This document shows, piece after piece, positions 56,518-64,000 of a stretch of 64,000 nt of DNA. A model generated the notes under the pieces. It had not been told where the DNA came from. It made no database searches and saw nothing but the letters and a program-made list of their open reading frames with translations. Numbering within the stretch: position 1 is the stretch's first letter; every line of letters begins with the position of its first letter. A program made the position numbers and the translations under genes. This DNA is from an uncultured virus (IMG/VR IMGVR_UViG_3300027759_000081) (taxonomy: Duplodnaviria; Heunggongvirae; Uroviricota; Caudoviricetes): the IMG/VR virus record IMGVR_UViG_3300027759_000081. One strand, given 5' to 3'.

Positions 56518-56981
56518 CAGGTATCGAATGGGTTTTCTTAGCTTCAGCTATTGCTAGTGCTGGTGTTGGAGCATACAGCTCTTATCAGCAAGGTAAAGCT
56601 GCTGACGAACAAGCAAAGTATCAATCTCAAACCGCCCTACTCAATGCGAAAGCTATGGGTGAGGAGTCTGATTACGAGGCTACTCGTATCCGCGAAAAAT
56701 ATCGCAGACTTCGTGGGTCACAGATTGCTTCTGCTACTAAGGCGGGTATATCAATTGACGGATCTACTGGCGATCTTATGGCAGAAACAAATGTTCAAGA
56801 AGATCTTGACGTTATGTCTGTTCTCTACAAAGGGAAGCAAGCTATACTTGGTGAGAAATTTAAATCTGATCTGTTTATTAGTCAAGGTAAGAATGCCCGT
56901 AAAGAAGGCAAGATCGGTGTAGCTTCATCACTCATTGGTGGTGTTTCTGATGTAACTGCTAACTGGCCAACTATTCAATAA
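56514..56981 (+). CDS. Internal virion (ejection) protein, small (T7 gp14-like)
   Basis: Hydrophobic Ala/Gly N-terminus, then Q/A-rich helix and G.Q.A...AG....GS motif. Confidence 0.7.
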   Translation: MTGIEWVFLASAIASAGVGAYSSYQQGKAADEQAKYQSQTALLNAKAMGEESDYEATRIREKYRRLRGSQIASATKAGISIDGSTGDLMAETNVQEDLDVMSVLYKGKQAILGEKFKSDLFISQGKNARKEGKIGVASSLIGGVSDVTANWPTIQ

Positions 56982-56982
56982 T

Positions 56983-59487
56983 ATGCCCGACATTCCTAGA
57001 ACATTTTCAAACGCAAGCATCCTTGGAGGAACTAACTTTTCTACTCAAGCACCGCAAGGAGCTTTTGGTGCAGACATGTCCTCCCTTGGTGCGGCTATTA
57101 GCGGACTTGGTCGTTCTATTGTAATCAATAAAAAGACACGTGATAAGATCGAAGAAGAAGATCGTAAAAAAGAAGAAGCACAGTGGCTTAACAGATCTCT
57201 TTCTGAGTATCAGAGAAAGATTACTGATTTTGAAACCAACCCTGAAAACAGAAGTCGTGTCGACTATCTTCCCTCATTCCTGGCTAACGCAGATAACACC
57301 GCTTCTGGCTACATGGAAGGAGCACCATCTGCCGAATCTTACGATGCATTCCAAGAAAAAGCTCGAGAGATAGTAGATCAGCGTTATGGACGTTCTGCTG
57401 CTCTTGGTGCCAACAATGAGATGCAAGCCGACATAATCGCTATTGATCAGTCCTGGGGATTGACGATGCAATCTTACCAATCATTTGCACCCATAGACCC
57501 TGACAGTGCGGCCAACGATCTTTTCACCGGACTTCAGACTGCTACAGACCATGTTCTTGAATTATATGGAGAAATTGCTCCTAATGAAGCAAAAGCAATG
57601 GTTACCCGTAGAATAGTAGATACTACTCTTGCTCTTATAGAAAAATCTCCAGATAAGGCAAAATGGCTTATTGATAACAACGGTGTCTACATTGATCAGC
57701 AAACGCGCCAGACGTTGCTAAATAAAATAGAAACTAAGAAAGCAACAGGTTCACTACTTCTTAAAGAAGACTTTAACACTGTTCGTGAAAAATCACTGAT
57801 TGCTGCAGAACGAACCGGGAACTACAAATCGCTACCTATCGAGGATTATCAAATGATTTATCCTGGTGAGGAAGCACAACTAATGAAACAGCGTGATGAC
57901 CAGACTGCGCAGGCTTCTTTAGATTCTCACGGGTTTATTGCTGAAACAAAAAGCATGATCCCTGCTGAAAAGTTAAGGCTTGCTAAAGAGTTTGAGGATA
58001 CCCGTAAAACTGAAAAAGAACTTCGGGCTTTTGCCTCTATTGTTTCGCCAGCTTTAATTGAAGATTCTCGCTTGTATAATGAAGATCCAGTAGCTTGGCA
58101 AATAGAAAATAATCCAACTGTTCAGACCATCGGGACTGATATGGAGACTTTACAGTTTAATGAAACTGACGAGGGTCAACCGGGTATACTTCCTATGCCT
58201 GGTACTGAAAGAGGAACAGGTGTTGGTGAAGCCCCTATTTCTCTAGACGGTTCGGTCAAAACAGATGTTGCTGGCATAAAGCAAGTTCCAACTATGGATC
58301 AAGCTGTTGCTTCTAGAGAGCAGTATTATCGCGCTATTCTTAGATCCCAGGGTGCTGCTGGTGAAGGTGAGGATCCTACACGTTACATGAACCGCCCACG
58401 CAGTGAGTGGCGTATCATGACTAAAAACGAGGCTGACAATGCATCTGCCCAGATTAACGGTGCCGATATTGACAATGTCATTCAGGTGGTAGATTCTATT
58501 CTGTCCAAGTATCCTTCAGATGATTTAAGAGCTCAAGCAATATCTGATCTGATGACAATACCTCAGAACAAGATTAAAGCTGAGTATGCTATTGTGTTTC
58601 AGAATCGTGATCAACCATGGCTTCCAGAGTTTATTGGTAACCTTCGCTCACTTGATTCATTAACTGAGATGAATAAAGTAGATGCTTCTAAAGTAAAAAC
58701 TTCGATCTCTTCTAATGGTTTATGGAACTCCTTTAAAAATACTATTATCGGACCACAGGACCAACGTGCTGACGAAGTTAAAGGATACTTTAACGCCATT
58801 GAAACTGACGTAAAAGTAATGGTAGCTAAAGGTAAGAAGATTGAAGACGCCGTAGATATTTCCATTAACCGTATCCTTGCCTCAACGATGAAACCTACAA
58901 AATTGGCTCTTCCAGGTATGAATGACGGTCCCCCTGGTCAAATCAATTGGGATATGTGGGGCAATAAAAAACCACAGATTTGGATTCCAGTACAACCAGA
59001 AGGATTTTCTAGAAAACTTAACCAAACAGAGATTGATAATTACGGACAACGTATGGGTGTCGCTCTTGCCAATATCCACCCCGATGATATTGATGTTTCC
59101 CAGTTCCCTAACTTTGAACAAACTGAAGACAAAACAAAGCAACAGGAACTTATTTACAACAAGATTGTAAAAACCGGATCTTACTACCCAGAACCCGGAG
59201 GAGCCTATTGGCGTGTCACTGTTGAAAGTGATTCCGGTCAACGTGTGGATTTACGAGATAAAGAAGGCAGGTTCTTTCGACTTCCTCTTAAAAACGTTCC
59301 TGCATATAAAAGAAAAGGTTTATTTATGGAAGGTCTGGAAATGAAAGGATTTACTCCAGATACCTGGTCTTGGAAAGAAACCGAGACCTTTGTAGACTAT
59401 CCTGAAGGAGGTGAACAACCTACACCCATAAATAATTGGAAAAAAACTTACCCTAAAACCGGAGCCTTCTGGCAATTTACACGATGA
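56983..59487 (+). CDS. Internal virion (ejection) protein, medium
   Basis: 834-aa mostly helical ORF starting MP.IP; position between the gp14-like gene and larger ejection proteins. Confidence 0.6.
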   Translation: MPDIPRTFSNASILGGTNFSTQAPQGAFGADMSSLGAAISGLGRSIVINKKTRDKIEEEDRKKEEAQWLNRSLSEYQRKITDFETNPENRSRVDYLPSFLANADNTASGYMEGAPSAESYDAFQEKAREIVDQRYGRSAALGANNEMQADIIAIDQSWGLTMQSYQSFAPIDPDSAANDLFTGLQTATDHVLELYGEIAPNEAKAMVTRRIVDTTLALIEKSPDKAKWLIDNNGVYIDQQTRQTLLNKIETKKATGSLLLKEDFNTVREKSLIAAERTGNYKSLPIEDYQMIYPGEEAQLMKQRDDQTAQASLDSHGFIAETKSMIPAEKLRLAKEFEDTRKTEKELRAFASIVSPALIEDSRLYNEDPVAWQIENNPTVQTIGTDMETLQFNETDEGQPGILPMPGTERGTGVGEAPISLDGSVKTDVAGIKQVPTMDQAVASREQYYRAILRSQGAAGEGEDPTRYMNRPRSEWRIMTKNEADNASAQINGADIDNVIQVVDSILSKYPSDDLRAQAISDLMTIPQNKIKAEYAIVFQNRDQPWLPEFIGNLRSLDSLTEMNKVDASKVKTSISSNGLWNSFKNTIIGPQDQRADEVKGYFNAIETDVKVMVAKGKKIEDAVDISINRILASTMKPTKLALPGMNDGPPGQINWDMWGNKKPQIWIPVQPEGFSRKLNQTEIDNYGQRMGVALANIHPDDIDVSQFPNFEQTEDKTKQQELIYNKIVKTGSYYPEPGGAYWRVTVESDSGQRVDLRDKEGRFFRLPLKNVPAYKRKGLFMEGLEMKGFTPDTWSWKETETFVDYPEGGEQPTPINNWKKTYPKTGAFWQFTR

Positions 59488-62400
59488 GCATGCTTTTTTC
59501 TACAGTAAACGGATCGGCTTTGCCTAGCGCAAAGTCAGACATTCCATCAAGCACTTTCTATTCTACTGCATTCGAGCAGGGTATGAAAGAGTCAATGCTA
59601 ACTTCTCTGTATCGCATGTCAGAGTACAGTCTAGCAAAAGAATACGATCCAGAACTTAACCCATATATTCCTCGTAAAGAAGCTATTGACTGGGCAAAAA
59701 ATGAAGGAGTTAACATAAATTTCGATTACGATCCTACTAGCGATGAAATGAGTCTGCTTGTTGAAAGAAAGAGAGAAGAGAATGATCGTCAGGCTATTCT
59801 TGCAGCTGGTACAACTGGTGGCGGTCGTATTGCTGGTAGTATGGGAGTTCAGTTTCTTGGATCGATTTTAAACCCAGTCGATCTTCCACTTATGTTTTTA
59901 CCCATTGTGGGGTCTGGGGCCAAAGCTGCTCAAGCAACAAGTGCAGTTTCACGAATCGTTGCTCGTGGACTAGTTACAGAGGAAGTTCTTGCCGCTCGTG
60001 GATTAGCCATGAAAGGCTATACAGCTGCTATTATTGAAGGAACAGTTGGTCAAGCAATCACTGAAATTCCGCTAATGATTTCAAATCAGCAAAGCAAGAT
60101 TGACTACACAGGAAGTGACTTTGTTACTAACATCGCTCTTGCTGGTGTCTTTGGTGCAGGCATAAACACACTTCGACTTGGCGTTAACGGGATACTTAAT
60201 ATGCAACGACGTCTTACACCTGAGACCCAAGAGAACATGATGGCTGGTGCACAGGATGACTTTTTGCGTGGACGAGATATTGATCCAGGTAGGTATGTTG
60301 ACTTAGATGATGAGGTAGGTATGAACAAGACCCTGACCAACACAGTCAGAGATTATGATGCCGCTGATGCCAAATTTAAGGAAAACTACGCTACTCTTTC
60401 ACCAAAGCAAAAAGATCTGTACGAGTTTAATAAAGGCAACAAGCTTGTTGATGGTAATGGTTTACCGGTAATTGTATACCATGGCCGTACTTGGCAGGGC
60501 GATCAATTCGATCCTACAACTCTTGGTAAAAACACGGGCGCTAGCAGTGCAAAAGAAGGATTTTTCTTTGCTGGTAGTCCGAAAACTTCTCAGTACTATA
60601 TTCTTAAATCGGAATTTCAGAATGATCCACGTGTCTCTGACATTATGGATAAAATGGATGCGATACAAAAAGAACTTAGAGAGAATCCAAATGAAGCAAA
60701 TGAAATTCTTAAGTCTGAGATCAAAGCACTTGGTAATGAAGCTGCTGACCGCCTAGGTGTGGACTCTGTTTTCCGTGAAGGTGGCAATGTAAGTGCGTTT
60801 ATGGTGTCAATGAAGAATCCAAAAATCGTTGACTTTAATGGTGAGTTTCATCGTCCACAAACTTACAAGCAAGTTATTGCTGAAGCAAAGGCTGCTGGTC
60901 ACGACGGTGTAGTTATTAGGAACACTTTTGACGGTGGACCACTTGACGATATTTATGTTGCATTCGATCAAAATAGTATTAAGTCTGCTTACGAATATCG
61001 TATTGTTAGAGAGGCTAATAATAAAGTAGCCAGCAATCAGCAAGCGATTGCTGACTATAAAGCACGTGAAGAAAAGAAAGCTCAGGCCCGAGCACAGATA
61101 CTTCAGAAAGAAATCGATGACGGAAAGATGGTTCCACAAGAACAAATTAAACCGCATCGTGATCAACCTGACGAAGCAGAGTTTGCTGCTATGGATGAAG
61201 AACTAGACTTCCTCCGCGGACTAGATCTTGAAGAAGAAGACTGGAATAAGATGACTGGTCGGATGGCTGATACAGGTTCTAAACCACCTACTAAAAGTGA
61301 ATTTACTGATGAGTTAATGCCAGATAGCAAAGTTAGAGATAACTCCGGTAACCTTATAAAACTATATCATGGTGGGGAAAAAGGAATTACATCGTTTGAT
61401 CAATTAAAGAGACCTGGTTCTGCATACAAGCAAAATTCTCTTCATTCAGAAGGGATATGGTTTACCCCAAATAAAGGCGAAAAAGGTGTGCAGGAAGATG
61501 AGTTCATGTCTAGTTATGCCTCAACCTATGCGTTAAATTATCCTGAAGGAGAAATTTATGAGGTATATGTAAACATAACTAACCCTAAAAAAATAGGCCA
61601 AGAAGAAGCTAACTATCTTACTCTTGATGAATTGGTTGCTCAAGGTTATGATGGGGCCTATACTATTGACACGGGTTTCTGGATTGCTACTGATCCAAAA
61701 CAAATTCAGTTTGTTCCGAAAGACACCTTCCCCTCTAAACAACCTACTAAAAGTGAGTGGGACTCACGAGCAGAAAAACTTAGAATGTTTACTAACGATC
61801 TTACTTTCGACCAGTGGCATAAACTTACTAACACACCACTTTTTGGTGGAAAATATGAAACTAGTACTGACTTACTTGTTGAGGGTTTTCGGTTGTACAT
61901 GCCGGATATTGCAAAAGCGTTTGATACACTTCTTGAAATTGACCCGACTCTTAACGAAATTCCTGTACGGTTTAACAAAGATCTTATGACAAATGAGAAC
62001 GCTTGGGGTTTGTACGATGCCTCAATTGATACTATAACCCTGAACGGATCTTCTTCCCCAAAAACATTTTTGCATGAATTAGTTCATGGTTCAGCGGTTC
62101 GCCGTTTCCGTAAAGATCTTTCCTCTACAATGGGATCTGTTAGGACCACGGTTCTAAAAGGAGATAACTACCTAAAGTCGCTGATTGATTACAGCAAGAA
62201 AACCAAGAATAAACCTATGGCAAAACTTGTACAAGCCTATGAGTTAGCGGTTAAAAAGTTTGAAACTGATTATGATGGTAATCTTCGAAAATATCTTAAC
62301 GGTAATGACGAAGTTTTCTTTAACGAACTTGAAGTACCTTTTTACGGACTACTTAACTTTGACGAATTTATTGCAGAAGGATTAACAAATCGAACATTCC

Positions 62401-62678
62401 AACTTTTCTTACAATCAATTCCTGCAGTTAAGGGTTCTCCTAAAACCTTACTTGAATCCTTTGTCGATACTTTCAGAGAGTTCTTTTTTATGAAAACAAC
62501 CTGGGAAGGTCAAAAAGGAACGACTACTCTTTTAGACGAAGTCCTTCAAGATTATTCTGAAATGGTTAAACAAGGTATCCGCAAACCTACTGACTATCTT
62601 AAATCTGTTCAGAAAATGTCTTCTGCTGATGTAAACGCACCGCTCCTTCAAAAAGTCTCTAACTGCTTACTACTATAA
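59484..62678 (+). CDS. Internal virion / polyvalent protein with two ADP-ribosyltransferase-like domains and a zincin-like HExxH domain
   Basis: LVDGNGLPVIVYHG...GFFFA...GHDGVVI and VRDNSGNLIKLYHGG...GIWFT...GYDG; later FLHELVH...DEFIAE. Confidence 0.7.
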   Translation: MSMLFSTVNGSALPSAKSDIPSSTFYSTAFEQGMKESMLTSLYRMSEYSLAKEYDPELNPYIPRKEAIDWAKNEGVNINFDYDPTSDEMSLLVERKREENDRQAILAAGTTGGGRIAGSMGVQFLGSILNPVDLPLMFLPIVGSGAKAAQATSAVSRIVARGLVTEEVLAARGLAMKGYTAAIIEGTVGQAITEIPLMISNQQSKIDYTGSDFVTNIALAGVFGAGINTLRLGVNGILNMQRRLTPETQENMMAGAQDDFLRGRDIDPGRYVDLDDEVGMNKTLTNTVRDYDAADAKFKENYATLSPKQKDLYEFNKGNKLVDGNGLPVIVYHGRTWQGDQFDPTTLGKNTGASSAKEGFFFAGSPKTSQYYILKSEFQNDPRVSDIMDKMDAIQKELRENPNEANEILKSEIKALGNEAADRLGVDSVFREGGNVSAFMVSMKNPKIVDFNGEFHRPQTYKQVIAEAKAAGHDGVVIRNTFDGGPLDDIYVAFDQNSIKSAYEYRIVREANNKVASNQQAIADYKAREEKKAQARAQILQKEIDDGKMVPQEQIKPHRDQPDEAEFAAMDEELDFLRGLDLEEEDWNKMTGRMADTGSKPPTKSEFTDELMPDSKVRDNSGNLIKLYHGGEKGITSFDQLKRPGSAYKQNSLHSEGIWFTPNKGEKGVQEDEFMSSYASTYALNYPEGEIYEVYVNITNPKKIGQEEANYLTLDELVAQGYDGAYTIDTGFWIATDPKQIQFVPKDTFPSKQPTKSEWDSRAEKLRMFTNDLTFDQWHKLTNTPLFGGKYETSTDLLVEGFRLYMPDIAKAFDTLLEIDPTLNEIPVRFNKDLMTNENAWGLYDASIDTITLNGSSSPKTFLHELVHGSAVRRFRKDLSSTMGSVRTTVLKGDNYLKSLIDYSKKTKNKPMAKLVQAYELAVKKFETDYDGNLRKYLNGNDEVFFNELEVPFYGLLNFDEFIAEGLTNRTFQLFLQSIPAVKGSPKTLLESFVDTFREFFFMKTTWEGQKGTTTLLDEVLQDYSEMVKQGIRKPTDYLKSVQKMSSADVNAPLLQKVSNCLLL

Positions 62679-64000
62679 TGGCCCGTAAATCCGTATCTGA
62701 TTGTACCAAAGGGATCAAGTCCCTTGTCCGTGATAAGAAAATGACCGACGTCCAAGCCGACGAGCTTGTAGTACGCATCAATAATCTTGCCAATAATCGC
62801 GTGGTTAAAACCAAAATGAAACTTGAAGACGCCCTTAAGGAAATTGAAGGCGAAATCATAAATTCAGTAAAGTTTGAAGCCAAGGTTAATGAGCGTAATC
62901 GGTTGTTGACTATTAACGCAAAACGTGAGGTAAAAGAAGCAGTTAAGAAATTTGATACGTGGGGCGAGGGACTTCAGTCTCTTCTTGAAGGGGGAAACTT
63001 ATCTAAGCCAGGTGCACGACTCAGCGTAGACTACAAAGCGCGTGCGATGTACAATCAGTATTTCGGATCGTTTATTGCAGAGATTGAACAGCTTGGAATA
63101 ATGAGAGAGTTCAGATCAGGTAAACTTGATCGTGAGATTTATCAGGAAATTTCAGAGCTTAATAAGAAAGGTGGAACACCAGGCATATCTAAAAATGATT
63201 CTGCTCTTAAGATTGCTAGTTCATACAATCGTGTCCGCAAAGAAATGGTGTCACGTCAGAACAGAGCTGGTGCATACATTCGTGATCTTGACGGTTATAT
63301 CATGCGTCAGAGTCATGACACTGGAGAAATTCAGAAATTAGGTAGAGATGCCAATGGCAAGTTAAGCAAAGCTGAATCCTTTAAAAAGTGGTATCAAGTT
63401 GTGCTTCCGCTACTTGACCATCAAGCAACCTTCAGAGGACTTCCACCTAAAGACTTCATGGAAAAAGTTCACGAAAGTCTTTACACTGGAGTTCATGGAG
63501 CCCCATCTGGTGAAGCCGAGATTGCTGAGTTCTTTGCTCATGGATCTATGGCCCGTTCAGCTTCCGCAAGCAGGGTCTTACACTTTAAAGATGCCAATGC
63601 TTCGTTTGAGTACAATCAGATGTTTGGTTCTAAAAACTTCTCTGATGGTCTTCTAAACGATATGCTGTTCCGTTCACGTAACATCACGATGATGGAAACG
63701 TTTGGACCGAACCCTAAGCAAACATATCAAGAGATTGTTAACGATCTTCGCAAGGAGGCGCGCACTCGTGAGGACGCCGCTGAGCAAGTTAAGCGCATAG
63801 ACGACTGGCGTGTTAAAGCAGCATGGTCTGAAGTATCTGGTGAGAATGAATATCCTGCCAACATTACGCTAGATAAAATTTCTAGTAGTATAAGGATTGT
63901 AACTCAACTATCTAAAATGGGTGGAGTCGTTCTTAGCTCTATGGGCGATAAAGCATTCTTACAATCTGAGATGTCATTCCAAGGACTTTCTCAAATGGAA
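62678..64000 (+). CDS. Large internal virion (ejection) protein; 3' end truncated by the window
   Basis: TAATG-coupled start at 62678; hand translation MARKSVSDCTKGIK...NRAGAYIRDLDGYIMRQSHD...SRVLHFKDA...FGPNP resembles podovirus ejection proteins. Absent from the track because it has no stop in the window. Confidence 0.7.
   Translation, partial: MARKSVSDCTKGIKSLVRDKKMTDVQADELVVRINNLANNRVVKTKMKLEDALKEIEGEIINSVKFEAKVNERNRLLTINAKREVKEAVKKFDTWGEGLQSLLEGGNLSKPGARLSVDYKARAMYNQYFGSFIAEIEQLGIMREFRSGKLDREIYQEISELNKKGGTPGISKNDSALKIASSYNRVRKEMVSRQNRAGAYIRDLDGYIMRQSHDTGEIQKLGRDANGKLSKAESFKKWYQVVLPLLDHQATFRGLPPKDFMEKVHESLYTGVHGAPSGEAEIAEFFAHGSMARSASASRVLHFKDANASFEYNQMFGSKNFSDGLLNDMLFRSRNITMMETFGPNPKQTYQEIVNDLRKEARTREDAAEQVKRIDDWRVKAAWSEVSGENEYPANITLDKISSSIRIVTQLSKMGGVVLSSMGDKAFLQSEMSFQGLSQME

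Noticed and set aside
1..64000. Stop-codon reassignment, tRNA genes, integrase/att site
   Set aside because: Genes are full length and tightly packed under the standard code. No cloverleaf or recombinase was recognised by eye, though tRNAscan was not run.

Overview
The window is phage DNA that looks like two unrelated tailed-phage lineages joined together. Bases 1 to about 26.8 kb (all + strand, AT-rich) are a T4-like myovirus baseplate/tail-fibre module: split gp5 with a CHAP domain, gp25, gp6, gp7, gp8, a VrlC/DUF4815-like protein, several fibre proteins and T4-type late promoters (TATAAATA). From about 27-28 kb to the end is most of a podovirus-type genome. It has a lysis cassette, then a minus-strand replication and nucleotide arm (SNF2 and UvrD helicases, AEP primase, PolA, ligase, thymidylate-synthase-fold enzyme, dNMP kinase, MazG-like pyrophosphatase, SAM methyltransferase, early genes). 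A divergent non-coding control region at 44.3-46.1 kb follows, then a + strand arm (TerS, TerL, T7-like portal, scaffold, capsid, tubular tail A/B, ejection proteins). The main leads are five. (1) A probable cytosine-hypermodification cassette, in which a dCMP-type (Asp-signature) TS homolog, kinase and pyrophosphatase are coupled to a small-molecule-type SAM methyltransferase rather than a glycosyltransferase. (2) An octamer AGACCCTG found at least 21 times, in both orientations, only in the podovirus part. (3) Three paralogous putative winged-helix early proteins. (4) An elaborate control region with inverted arms, 25-bp palindromes, a 13-mer shared with the primase leader and Z-DNA-prone repeats. 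(5) The myovirus/podovirus junction itself, which may be an assembly chimera. All functional calls come from motif recognition by eye; no searches were run.
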